Shown here: piece by piece, positions 12,124 to 24,670 of the stretch
How positions within the stretch are numbered: position 1 is the first letter of the stretch
Layout: every line of letters starts with the position of its first letter
NCBI RefSeq assembly: GCF_036321535.1
Contig: NC_087437.1
Location: forward strand, 26,786,001-26,850,000
DNA from: Camelus dromedarius
Taxonomy: Eukaryota
Direction of reading: 5' to 3'
Length of the DNA stretch: 64,000 bases
The notes under the pieces: generated by a model
Seen by the model: only the letters and a program-made list of their open reading frames with translations
The model's database searches: none
Told to the model about the DNA's origin: nothing
Program-made: the position numbers and the translations under genes

Positions 12124-15086
12124 TGAGAATGCTTCTTGATCTGGATAAAACCCTGGCTTGAGTGGCCAGATTTCCACTGGACCATGGCAAGGCAGCATGC
12201 AGCAATTTAAGAATGACAGGCTTTGATGCTGTCCAACCATTCAACAGAATCTTTTTAACAAGTGCAAAGCTGTGGGTATAATGTATCTAATTTTTATTAA
12301 GCAGTATACAATTAATAGACATGAACAAAAACATCACAAGTCCTCACCAAACATCAGAGACTGTGACAGTATTTAAGGTGACTTATATATACCTGCTTCT
12401 TTTGAGTTTTTCTTTGCTTTCCAAGCTTTTGGCTGTATGTGTTACTTCTAAGATAGAAAACAGTTATTTTACAATATAACTCAAATAGAAAGAAGTAAAA
12501 CCAACAATTAAGTGATATTGAGAGTAAATAAGACAATCTATTTGACAGTGCTTGCTAAACAAATCAGTGCTCTCTCTCAATACATAATATTTCAACTCAG
12601 TCAAAATGTTAAGATTTAATTTAAAATTTTATGTGAGACTCAATTAGGAGGTATTATAAATACTGTGTAGCTATTAAATACTGCTATACTTAATTAAATA
12701 ATCAAAACCTATCAAGAAAAATGTATGTGAAATTGTAGTTTCCAACGTAAGGACTTAACAGCAAACTTGAGCCTTGTGGCTTATATCACTTAGGGAACTT
12801 TAAAAAATATCGTCACATTGGAAACCATGACACCATCACGTCTGAATCACACATCTATTCAAAGAGGCTGTGGTGGAGTGAGGTCAGGGGTGGGGGCAGG
12901 AAATCAGACCAACCAACATATGTGTTATCCTTTCAGGGACAAAAAAAAAAGCCATTGTAGGATTGAATTTCTTACCTCCCCTTAGGCTGTGTTGGCATCG
13001 CAAACTCCTCCTTCTGCGAGGGAGTTGCTCCATACTTTGTTTTTTTTTTTTTTTTTTTTTTATCTCCAGTACCCAGTGCGTGGTACAGGGTATTGCCCAC
13101 TAAATATGTGTGCGATGAAGAGGGCCAAAGTCTTGTTCCAGGTAGTGAATGTGCTCAAAGCAATCCCAAGGTCCACAGTGTAGAAATAGTACTTTCCATT
13201 AGAGTTGTGCCAACACACAGCACACTTAACTACTGTTCAAGTAATATGATTACCCCTGTTGATAAGAACTAATCCTCATTTCCTTACACAGGTTCTGTAC
13301 TTGTTTAGTCACTGACCCATCATCAGTCACAGGCTACACAAGTCAAAGGGGAAAATGAACCACTGTTTCATGCTGTAAATTCTCTAACAGTACCTGTGTT
13401 GTATTTTCATTCTATCCCCTCACCTTTCAGAAACTCTCCCTTTATCCAGCCATTAAAGTGAGAAAGTCTTTTGGTTTAGCCTTATAGTTTCTGAGTTTAC
13501 AGGGAAGAGAATGGCTTTGTGTCTAATCAGATCTGTATGTCAATTTGGGAATATAAATTCTCAGAAAAAATGAGTTTGATCTCTTCATATTTTGTTTTGT
13601 GTGAATCTCCTGCACTGCCTTGCCTCTGTGGTTACTGAACCAGGACTATTCTGAATGCCTGGCTTGATTGCTGAAGGTCCTTGATAAATAATGCATGCCT
13701 GTCCTTACCCAGTTTGTCCACGTCAGACTGTTTGGGAGCATTAAATTGGGAACTTGGCTTGTGAGTGCCAATTCCCCATGGATCCTCTGGAATGAAGGGC
13801 TGACCCCGTCGTTCCTATATTAAAAGCAAGTCCAGGAAGAAGGAATCCTTCATGTGCATGTGTCCGTTTACCTCATTCCAGATGGGAAAGCATGCTGATC
13901 ACTCAGGATCACTTCCAACTTCACCAAAATTTGGGATTAATTCCTTTGTGCATTGATTCAAGAAATATTTAAGTCCTGACAATATACAGACCTCTGTGCT
14001 AGCTTCTGTGGGGCTACACGGTTGTAAAAGACACACCTCTAACCCTCAATAAATTTCTATTACATGCCAATTTGCAATCTTGTTGGTACAGGCAAATTAT
14101 TTTCCAAAAGGAACCCTTCCATCCCAAACTTCCTATTTCAAAAACTACTTGAAACTGCATAACATCCACATGATTTAAGAAAAGAAGGTGGTGGGGTATG
14201 TGTAGGGCGTCATGCAGAAAATGTGAATTGTTAATCCCAACATACAAATTAAAGTTTTCCTGTTCTTCATTCAAACACTCGGTGTCTGGGAACCTGGGGC
14301 CAGGTTTCATAGAGGGAAGTGTGACCCATGTGGACAGTGTGATGTGGCTTCTCTACAGTAAAATAGTAATTCTTCAAAGTAATGCAAGAGGTAGTTTAAC
14401 ACAGCTACCAGGGAACTGGAAGACACAGCCTCTGTGTTCTTCACTCGGACTTAGATTTCCTTAACCAGGAGGACATTTCAGTTCCTTCTCTGTTTCTCAA
14501 TTCCTTAACCCTCTCTCCATGGTAATCTTACCCTTCTGTTCAGACTGCTGCACCATTAGTTCTCTGATGCTTTTGGCAACACTGTCTAATTTCCTTCACA
14601 AATCGTTAGAGGCTATTAAATGTCAAATCCAGAAACTCCTCCAATGCACATGTCATCAAGGCGAGGAGAAGTACATTTGCAGAGGATATCCGGGAAGAGG
14701 GGCTCAGAAAGCCAACTTTCCAAACCCACAGACCAAAGAGGAGAGCAAGTCCTCTAGCAAACCCAAATAACTGTGGTAAATGACCTTAGCCCAGTTCTTC
14801 TTATCATCTGGCTTTGGTTTTAGATTAGATTAGGCCACAATGTCATGGCAGATTATAAAATGAATGAATGGTTGTGCTAACTTCTCTGAAAGCACCAGGA
14901 ATTGCAGTCACCTCCCTCACCTCCTGACCACCTCCCAGTCCACTATGAAAGAGTTAGTGCAGACAAAAGTCTAAAGCTGGTAATGTTTTGACCTTGGTAT
15001 TGCCTTTAAAACCTGTCATTTTCTCTTACCATTTGATAAAAGCATTAATACAAAGTATGAGGGACTTAATGTGTTTCCCTTCACGT

Positions 15087-16157
15087 ATCTTTTTTATAGA
15101 CTTTACTTTTGAGAGCAGTTTTAGGTTCACAGCAATATTGAGCAGAAGGTACAGAGATTTCCCATATACGCCTGCCCCCACTTACGTGAACCTCCCCCAT
15201 TAGCAACATCTCCCATCTGAGTGGTACATTCACACACACACACATTGACACATTATTATCACCTAAAGTGCATAGTTTACACTAGGGCTCACTCTTGGTA
15301 TTGTACAGTCAATGGGTTTGACAAATGAGAGATTACATATATCTGTGTCCACCACTGCCTATTCACCTCTCTCTCCTCCCTAGCTCTGGCAACCGCTAAA
15401 CCTTTTACTGTCTCCAAAATTTCACCCTTGAAAGAATGTCATGTAGTTGCAATGATATAATGTGTAATCATTTCAGACTGACTTCTTTCACTTGGTAACA
15501 TGCATTTAAGGTTTTCCCATGGCTCTTTGTGGCTTGATAATTCATTTCTCTTTACTGCTGAATGATATTCTAGTGTGTAGATGTACCAGTCTATTATTTA
15601 TTCATTCACTTACTGAAAGATATCTCAGTTTCTTCCAAGTTTTGGCAATTACGAACAAAACTAAATATACATTTATGGGCAAGTTTTTTTGTGTGAACTG
15701 AAGTTTTCAGCTCACTTGGGTAAATACCAAGGAGCATGATTGCTGGATTGTATGGTAAGAGTATGTTTGTTTTGTAAAAATTGCCAAACTGTCTTCCAAA
15801 GTATCCGTACCATTTTGCTTTCCCACCAGCAGTGAAGAATTCCTGTTGCTCCACATCCTCACTAGTATATCATGTTGTCAGTGTTTTGGATTTTTGCAAT
15901 TTAATAGGTGTGTGGTGGTATCTTATTGTTTTAATTTGCAATTCCCTATTGACATATGATCCTGTGCTTGTCATCTGTGTATCTTCTTTGGTGAGGTGTG
16001 CATTCAGGTTTTTAACTCATTTTTTAATCAGGTTGTTTGTTTTCTTATTGTTGAGGGGTTTTTTGGGGGGAGGGGGGATATATTTTGGATAACAATCCTC
16101 TATCAGTTGTGTTTTGGCAAATATTTCCTCCCAGTTTGTCTTTTCATTCTCTTGACC
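15087..16157 (-). mobile_element. L1MC-like LINE-1 3' fragment
   Basis: gagagcagttttaggttcacagcaa...gggtaaataccaaggagcatgattgctggattgtatggtaagagtatgttt...ttttcattctcttgac. Confidence 0.8.
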
Positions 16158-16208
16158 CTCAGGTATCTTCAAATGGGAGCCAGAGGACAGAAAGTGTTTA
16201 ATCCAAAG

Positions 16209-16437
16209 TAGGACTTCTCAACCTCAGTAACATTGACATTTGGGGCTGGAAAATTCTTTGCCGTGAGAGCCTATTCTGTGCAGTGCAGAACGGTTCTAGC
16301 AGCAACCTGGCCTCTATCCACTAGATGCCAGTAGCAGCAACCCCCCGCCCCCAGGTTGTGACAGGGAGAAATATCATGACATTAGCAAATGTCCCCTGGG
16401 GTAGGGAGCAGGGATAACCCCTGACTGAGAACCTCTA
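16209..16437 (+). mobile_element. MER20 hAT-Charlie DNA transposon
   Basis: ttctcaacctcag...attgacatttggggctgga...cctggcctctatccactagatgccagtagca...caaatgtcccctgggg...tgagaacc. TSD atccaaag / atcccaag (7/8). Confidence 0.85.
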
Positions 16438-16567
16438 ATCCCAAGGAATGAGTCAGTATCGATGAAATTTAAGTCACCAGTGAGGAAAGGGAGGTACAGA
16501 CATAATTTGACTCAGTGCCCCAGGAGCCATTGTGGGAGGGTTCCTACTGATCCAATCCTGTTAAGTT

Positions 16568-16694
16568 CAGTGATCATACATCTTGGTTTATTTACAATAT
16601 GTTTACGCCTAAGGTGCCAGCAAAACTATTAATTGTGCCCCCTTTCATTCTCAAAGATATCCCAGTTCAGACAATAAGTTATAAATAAAGCCTA
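16568..16694 (-). mobile_element. MER94-like hAT-Blackjack element
   Basis: tgtttacgcc...attaattgtgccccctttcattctcaaagatatcccagtt matches MER94 in reverse. Confidence 0.6.
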
Positions 16695-18005
16695 TCTGGA
16701 ATCTCCAGGAACTATAATCCCAATTTGGGCCCTCCTTGGCTGTCCTCTGGTCTGGGGTGTGTGGAGTAACTAGTAACTACTGGGGCACCGCTGCGGATCC
16801 TGGCCGTTCGTCGGCTTTGTACTCACGTGCATGTTCGTGAGGAAGCAGAGAATCAGGAACTTTCCCAGAAAGCATAGGCTATATATTTTAAATAGCACTG
16901 GAGTATAAGCAGAAAAAGGAAGAGGCGATCAGAATATTTTGTGTGTGTGTATCTGATTTCATGAGTACTCATTACTGCCTGAATGTTGAATTTCTTCCTT
17001 ATACACTAGGAGCAAATTCACCATGGTGCAACTCTACAGTATGAATGGACAATTACTGTGTAATTTTAACAGCTGCTGAAACCTGTAACGTTAGACTATA
17101 CTTTCATCCAGTATACATCAGGAGGACATAATATAGGTCATAGTTGGGACAGAAAAAGAGCAATGGTTTAAAAAGACCCTATTAATTTCAGGTATATTTA
17201 TTAGCAGTTGTAGCCCTCCTTTCATTTTTATCTTGGAGCTGGTACAAGTAACCAGACAATGATACTCAAAAACACTCAAACTTTAGCCTTTTTTAAATAA
17301 GTTATTTAGCTATTATTATTACTAAACTCAGGATTGTTATTGCAACTGAATATGAACCCTGACTTCCTGGCAACCAAAGCAAAAAATAAAATAAGAATTA
17401 AAACTCAGCCATTCATCTGCATTTACCTATTAAAGGAGCCTGCTAGTTCATCAGGAGAACTAAATTTGTTTTTCTCGCTTGAATGATCTCATATGAATTA
17501 TTTTCCAGAAAGGACATCGAAAGGCAAAATGAATGGTATCTTCAAAAGCAGTTTTACAATAATTGCAGAAATGTCTTCCTGTGATAAAACAATTTCTTAT
17601 ATTGTTCCCAATAAGTGCCGAGAGCAGTGTGCCAAAGCCTGGAGGTGACAGCTAATGCGGACTCATTGGTGACAGCCAGGCATTGCACAAAGTGCTTTCC
17701 CTGTTTTAACTCATTTAAAATTTACCACAACTTAAGAGACTAAAGATAGGATTCAAATGCAGGGTGTTTGACCCAGAGCCCATGACTTCAGCGCTGCTGC
17801 AAGGAACAGAATTCAACTGTGTGGCTTCCTGGTGATGTGACTAGCTACGGTCAGAGGTTATTGATGCTAGAGAAATGAATGGTCAGTGTACACCGCAGAC
17901 TCCTTCTAGATTCTAAAATTTCAATGCTTTCACATACTTGAGTGAGAAAAGGCATTAGCTGAAAATTCAGAGCTAAACTTTCTTGGCATTCACCTAAATT
18001 GCAAG

Positions 18006-18006
<1 letters not shown>

Positions 18007-18042
<36 letters not shown>
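18007..18042. repeat. (TG)18 microsatellite
   Basis: Read directly from the sequence. Confidence 0.95.
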
Positions 18043-18045
<3 letters not shown>

Positions 18046-18307
18046 AATTGGATTTTCAATTTTAAGTGAGAAAACATTGCTTCCCACTTCGGAAACAGAA
18101 GACTTCCAGAGGCTCATGAAAAAGCACGTGAAATGTCTTCCAGGGGAAGCCTTCCATACGCCCTAGAAGGCAATTTGGACATCATGTGATTCATGTGACT
18201 CTTTAGAAAAGAGGTTTTTTTTTTTAATACAACATTTTTTATTGGTAAAAAACAAAGAAAAACAACAAGGTTGTAGTATCATTTTAAAAAAATTGTTCAT
18301 ATTTTAG

Positions 18308-18475
18308 CACAGGGAACCTATATTCAATTTCCTGTAATAAGCTATAATGGAAAAGAATCTGAAAATATATGTATCTACATGTATAACTGAATTGCTTTGC
18401 TAAACCCCTGAAACTAACATTGTAAATCAACTACACGTCAACAACAAAAAAAACAAAATTAAAAAGATAAAGTGA
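18308..18475 (+). mobile_element. 5'-truncated artiodactyl-type L1 3' end
   Basis: cacagggaacctatattcaat...tataatggaaaagaatctg...cctgaaactaacattgtaaatcaactac plus A tail. ~22-bp TSD aaaaaaattgttc(a/g)ta(t/c)tttag at 18286-18307 and 18476-18497, following TTTT|AAAA. Confidence 0.8.
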
Positions 18476-18568
18476 AAAAAAATTGTTCGTACTTTAGAAA
18501 AGATGAGGCACATATGCTATGCTATACTTTCTGGTGGCAGCTCCCAGAACTGCGTGCAGAGAAGGGAT

Positions 18569-19099
18569 ATTTTTTAATTGAGGTATGGATGTTTTACAAT
18601 ATTATATAAGTTTCAAGTGTACAACATAATGATTCACAATTTTTAAAGGTTATACTCCATTCATAGTTATTATAAAATATTGGCAATATTCCCTGTGCTG
18701 TACAGTATATCCTTGTAGCTTATTTATTTTATACATAGTAGTTTGTACCTCTTAACAGCCTACCCCTGTCTTGACCACCCCCTCCTTCCCCACTGGTAAC
18801 CACTAATTGGTTTTCTATATCTTTAAGTCTGTTTCTTTTTTGCTATATTCACTAGTTTGTTGTGTTTTTTAGTTTCCACATATAAGTTGTATCATACAGT
18901 ATGTGCCGTTCTCTGTCTGACTTATTTCATTAAGCCTAACACCCTCCAGGTTCGTCCATGTTGTTGCTAATGGTAAATTTTCATTCTTACATGATTGAGT
19001 GATATTCCATTTTATATATATATATATACACCATATCTTCTTAGCTATTCATCTGTTGATGGACAACTTGGGTTGCTTCCATATCTTGACTATTGTAAA
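18569..19099 (-). mobile_element. L1 3' UTR fragment (artiodactyl/L1MA-type)
   Basis: tttacaatattatataagtttcaagtgtacaac...ccctgtgctgtacagtatatccttg...cccactggtaaccac...ttgggttgcttccatatcttg. Confidence 0.8.
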
Positions 19100-20789
19100 G
19101 GAGGGCTTTCTTAAATCAAGTGTAAATGAGATAGAAAAACATAAGGATTACATTTCATTTAGAAAGCAAGTGTTTAAAAATCAATAGAATGATTAGCTCA
19201 GGAAGAAGTCAATACGACCTCAGACGGCTGGCTCCCGTCCCACTCCTGAGAGAAAGGCCACGTTAGTTCTCTGTCAGCTGTGGCAGAGGGAGTCCATGCC
19301 AGGCAAAGGGAAATTTCAGGGCACAAAGCTGATAAAAGTAGCAAAAGGGAATCATGAGCAATCCAAATAAAAATTTTAAAAATTAACAGTGAGCCCTGGT
19401 GTTGCTGGAGACCTGGTATGAACAGAGTGAAGCTACGTGCGTCCTGGGGCAGGGACTGGCCCTCTTCCTGGTGGGTGTTTTGGTTGTTGCTGAACGCTGC
19501 GCCTAAGAGAGGAAGGCTGAGGTGGCCAGGGCAGCTCCCCTCACGTATCTGCAGGCCCCTTCCTCTGCTGTAGCGCTGGGGAAATGCTGTCCACGTTTTG
19601 CTGAACTGCTTTCCTGTTTAGCCCCCAAATTAGCTGTGAATTTTTTCCTGCCAACTTTAAGTCTTTCTAGGCTTCCCCGTTCATCCTGTCTTCTTGCATT
19701 AGATTCTCCTCCAGGCCAGGACCCCTGGTAATTTCTGCAGGATAGCAAGTTTGGCATGTCCGCTTTTAATATTTGCTGTGGCAGTTGAGGGGAAAGAGAG
19801 GGAAGAGAGAGAGAGAACACAATTCTGTTAGCCTTGGAAGTGCAACTGGAACTTCTGTTAGTTACATTTTTTGAGACGTATTCATTATCCAGACATATGA
19901 CAGACTCCAATGGAGCACGAATACTTCATACCATAAACTTTGGAAGACTATCAAAACAGAAAAGCTCTCCTGGGCAGCCAGGACTCTAAGATGTCCCCCT
20001 GGGGCTTTGATGATATTTCAGGAGGGTGGTCATCAAAGATCTAAAGAGGTTAAGTGTGGGATGTGAGCACTGAAGTTCTCTGTCACTTCCCTAGGGCCTC
20101 AGAATGAAGCCTTGAGGGGGCAGGGGAACATCAGTAGCAATAGCCTGGCATGGGCTTGGCAGGGGCACAAAAGACTCTCAAGCAGACCTTTAATTTCTAA
20201 ACAATGAATGGTCACGGAGTTACAGATAGGCTTTGTGAAGGAAAGAAATGGAGCACTAAATCCGGCTTGTCCCAGGTAAGCCCAGCCCAGGGGCAGCACC
20301 CGGGCTGGGTCTCACCTGTCATCACGGTAGGGGCTAATCCGTGCGGCAAGGCCAGGGAAGGTTTGGCCAGGAGGTTGTGGAAGCTTCCTGTGGACTCTGC
20401 ATTCAGGCCAGCATACTCACCGAGGCAGATGACGCGCATGAACTCTTGGGGACATTTGCTCAGGTGAAAAGTGCAGGGCGTGGTGTTATCAATGCTTTGT
20501 TTGGCTGGGCAGTCATAATTCTCCCAAGGTCACAGGATCTTGAGTGCCAGATAGCTTCACTGGGAAAGGCAGGGGGATACAGCTGCCTCTTGTTTGGGAA
20601 TGTCTTTAAGGGTCACCTCAGCTGCTATGTCAATATAGTATATAGTACATCAAATGTTCATTTATATTCATTGTGCTATTAGTTGAAGACCAAAAACAGG
20701 ATTATTTTGGGTAAAAATTAAAGCCTCATGACTAGCTGAATGTAGTTCCTGACAATAATTTTTTTCACCTTTATTACTTGCAGAACTTT

Positions 20790-22095
20790 TTTTTCAGTTT
20801 GCATTACAATAAATGAACACTCCCTCTTTTGTGTGTGTGCAGAGTTCTGTAAGTTTTAACAAATGCATAAAGTCATGTAACTATTACCACAGTCAGGATA
20901 CAGAACAATTTCCTCACCCTCAAAAATATCCCTATGTCCCTAATTCTTCCCCTTTGGAAGAATCATCCAACTCTGAGGCTCTTGCAAATGTCTACTATAG
21001 TTTCGGCTCTTCCAGAATGTCATATAAATTGAATTACATATTTTGTAACGTTTTGGTTCCGGCTTCTTTCACTTAGCAGGATGTATTTGAAAATCATTGA
21101 AACTGTAGTTTCCAGTTGTTGGCAATCATAGTGTTTCTATAAATATTTGAATATAGGTTTTTGTGTGAACTTGAGTTGCATTTCTCTAGGGTAAAAATAC
21201 CTAGGAGTGGGACTCTTAGTCATATGGTTTGTGTACTTTTATTTCGTAAGAAATTGCCAAATTGTTTTCCAGTATGGCTATACCATTTTACTTTCCTAGC
21301 AGCAATGTCTGAAAATTCCAGTTCGTCCACATCATTGTCAGCACTTGGAAGTATCAATTTCGTTTTTATTCTTAGCCATTCTAATAAGTGTGTAGCAGTA
21401 TCTTGTGGCTTTAATTTATGTTTCTCTAATGACTAACATACTTTTGAGCATATTTTCATGTACTCATTTGCTTTCTATATATCTTTTTTTGGTGAGGTAT
21501 GGGCTCAAATCTTTTGCCTCATTTTACTGGCAATGTTTGCTTTCTTATTGTTAAATTTAAAAGCTTTTTTATATATTCTGGATACTAGTTCTTTGATGGA
21601 TATGTGATTTCTAAAAATTTTGTCCCAGTCTGTAACTTGTCTTTTCATTCTCTTTAGTGTGTCTTTTTTGAGATAGTTATTGTAAAATATCTATTCCCTA
21701 TGCTGTCAACATATCTATGTAGCTTATTTATTTTACACATAATAGTTTGTACTTCTTAATCTCCTACCCCTACCCTGCCCCCCTCCTCTCTCCCAACTGG
21801 TAAGCACTAGTTTGTTCTCTACTTCTGTGAGTCTGTTTCCTTTTTGCTATATTAATGCTTGTTTTATTTTTGTATATTCCACACATAAGTGATATCACCT
21901 TTAATGTGTCTTTTACAGAGCAAAGTTTTACATTTTCTTGAAGAACAATATATCAATTTTTTTCTTCTGTGGATCATGCTTTTGGTGTTTTATCTCAGAA
22001 GTCTTTGCCTAACCCAAGGTAATAAAATCTTCTTTTCTGGTTTCTTCTAAAAGTATAGTTTAACTTTTTACATTTCTATCTATGATCCATCTTGA
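20790..22095 (-). mobile_element. Old L1M fragment containing a nested younger L1 (21668-21898)
   Basis: L1 motifs (aaatacctaggagtggga; gccattctaataagtgtgtag; tctttgcctaacccaagg). The inner element is flanked by ctttagtgtgtctttt (21652-21667) / ctttaatgtgtctttt (21899-21914). Confidence 0.75.
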
Positions 22096-23856
22096 CTTTT
22101 AAAATTTTTTAGAACTTTTGGAAGGGGTTACTTGTTCATTGAAACCAGCATGTCCATTTACATTTGGTCCCTGGAATATAAGCTTAGAACTAAAAGATAT
22201 CTTCATTAGAGGTATATCCAGTTTAATCAATCAACAAACATATATTAACAAAGGCATTTCCCTTTCATTGGTGCCTTTTGAGTGATTTAGAATGATCCTG
22301 GCTGGACATCCTGTGCTCCTAGTTCACATCCCTGGATTTCATTGTCCTCATAGTTATTTCCCATGGAACCAAAGCTATTTTCATTAGTAGCCCACTGACA
22401 GATAGACAGTCAAGGAGTTTGGAGTCCTAAAGGAAAGAAACTGTCTTATATCTCTCCCCAGTAAAATTCTAATTATTTTTCTCCTTGACAAAAAAAAAGA
22501 CTTTATCTGCACAAGCAAAGTGAAGAACGAAATGGAGGTAACTGGTCAGGAAATTCAGACTTCCAAAGTCCCTGATCCTCTTCATCTTGACTACATGGGT
22601 ATTAGCATTTTACAAAGAGCTGAAAGGAGGTGGGAGGTCACCTCATGCTAGCCCTTCATCCGACCACTTAATCAAGTGAATAAATAATATTGCTGAGAGC
22701 CTCCTCTGAGCCAGAGGTTGAGTACATGCCAGATGAGAAAAATCAAACCCCAGCCAAGTGAAGGGAGCTGCCCACAGCCCAGGACTTATCCAGGGGGCAC
22801 TAAATCATGGTTCTCACGTCTCTGTCCATAGCAACCTCCTCACCTTTCTCCACATCCTCCACAGGTCATAACACCCTGATACCCCTCTCCCAGAATCAGT
22901 CCCAGCCCTGCTGGTGAATGACAGTACATGTGTTCCTTTTGTTTCAGGGAGTGGACTGTAGCTTAGGGAAATGGATTTTGGGAAAGAGACGGTGTTTGGG
23001 AAATGAGTTTAAAGAGAAGTTTTGAAAAGGAGGTCTAAGGTTTGGGGGATGAGGTAACTAGAAAGAAAGGGCCAGGGGCTGTGGTTTGGAAAGAGAGTAT
23101 AAGAAGGGAGGCTATGATTTGGGAACTTTTAGAGAGAAGGATCTATAGTTATTGAGAAGGGAATAGGGGAAAGAAAGATGTGGTTGGGACAAGGGGGGGT
23201 TGAAAGAAAACATAGAAGAAAGAAGAATAGTTTTAAGAAGTGATCTGTGGATTCAGGCCAAGATTTACTTACCTTAGACTCAAGTTCACATATTAAATAC
23301 ATTTCAAAATTGTACCTGAAAGAACGAAAATACAGTTTTGAGTATTATACAGTGAGGTTTTTTTAAAAAAAAATAATAACTTTGAATGTTTCTCTGCTTA
23401 AAATAAGTAGGTAACATTCTCGTGCATTAATGACAGTTTAACAATGCCACAGGTTTTGAGTTCTTTCTCCTCTGATGTAGCAGGGTGGAAATCCTGCCTC
23501 TTTAAAGACAGCCATGCAGGGCAGGGCAGGGTGCATGAGAACTGGTATCTCGCCTGTAAAATAACAAGCCAGCTTGGCACAGACAGGTGGCAGCCTGAGC
23601 CTTGTTTGTATGTGGAATGAGGAAGAGACGCCTGATCTTAGGTTAAGAAACTACCAGGTAGGAACTCAGAAATCATTTCACTCCAGAGCCTGCAAAAAGA
23701 ACAAACCAACAAGTTGGCCCTCAAAAAGTTTATGTAATTCTTGAGGGCTGAGCCAGAGGGAAGCCCTAGGAGGACCTCCAGATTCTTTGACAGAGAAGAA
23801 AATACTTGGAACGTCAGTTGTTCAAGTGGGTACTCTCATGCATTTATTTAAGATGC

Positions 23857-24230
23857 TGTTATGAACTGAAAGTCTGTTCCCCACTGCTCCCCCGATCCCC
23901 GCAAAACAAATTCATGTGTTGAAATCCTAACCCCCGAAGTGATGGTATTAGAAAGTGGGGTCTTTGGGAGGTGATTTGGTCATGGGGTTGGAGCCCTCAT
24001 GAATGGAATTAGTGCCCTTATAAAAAGACCCCAGAAATCTCTCTAGTTCTTTTTTTGCCACTTGAGGACACAAGAAGATGACAGTCTGCAACCCAGAAGA
24101 GGTCCTCACTGGAACCCAACCATGCTGACACCCTGATCTTGGACCTCTAGACTCCAGAACTATAAGAAATCAATTTCTGTTGTTTATAAGTATATCGTTT
24201 TCTAAACAGCAGCCTGAACTGACTAAGACA
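23857..24230 (+). mobile_element. MLT1A-family solo LTR
   Basis: TG...CA termini, 374 bp, with aaattcatgtgttgaaatcctaacccc and ccctcatgaatggaattagtgcccttataaaa. Perfect 5-bp TSD GATGC (23852-23856, 24231-24235). Confidence 0.9.
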
Positions 24231-24239
24231 GATGCCTAT

Positions 24240-24670
24240 AGGTAAACAAATGTTCATAGCAGTGTTATTCACAATAGCCAAAAGGTGAAAACAACCCAAA
24301 TGTCCATTCACAGATGAATGATCAACAAAATGTGGTATATCCATACAGTGGGATGTTATTTGACCATAAACAGGGATGCAGCTCTGATAGATGCTACAAA
24401 ATGGATGAACCTGTAAAAGTGAAAGAAGTCTGACACCAAAGGCCACATGTTATATAAAATCTACCATTTAGATAAAATGTCCAGAATAGACAAATTCATA
24501 GAGACAGAAAGTAGATTAGTAATTGCCAGTGGTTAGAGAGAGAGGAGAGACTGCCAGCAGGTAAGGGGTTTCTTTTTGGGGTGTTGAAAGTATTCTGCAA
24601 TTAGATAGTGGTGATAGTTGCACAACTTAGGAAATATACTAAAAAAAAAAACACTTAAAAAAGTAAAGAA
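24240..24670 (+). mobile_element. L1MB-like 3' fragment
   Basis: atgttcatagcagtgttattcacaatagccaaaagg...acaacccaaatgtccat...gagacagaaagtagattagt. Confidence 0.75.

Noticed and set aside
15519..16211. ORFs here and at 4588, 21161, 36899, 37153 and 52516 resembling 'hypothetical proteins'
   Set aside because: They are short frames within decayed L1 ORF2-end or 3'UTR sequence.
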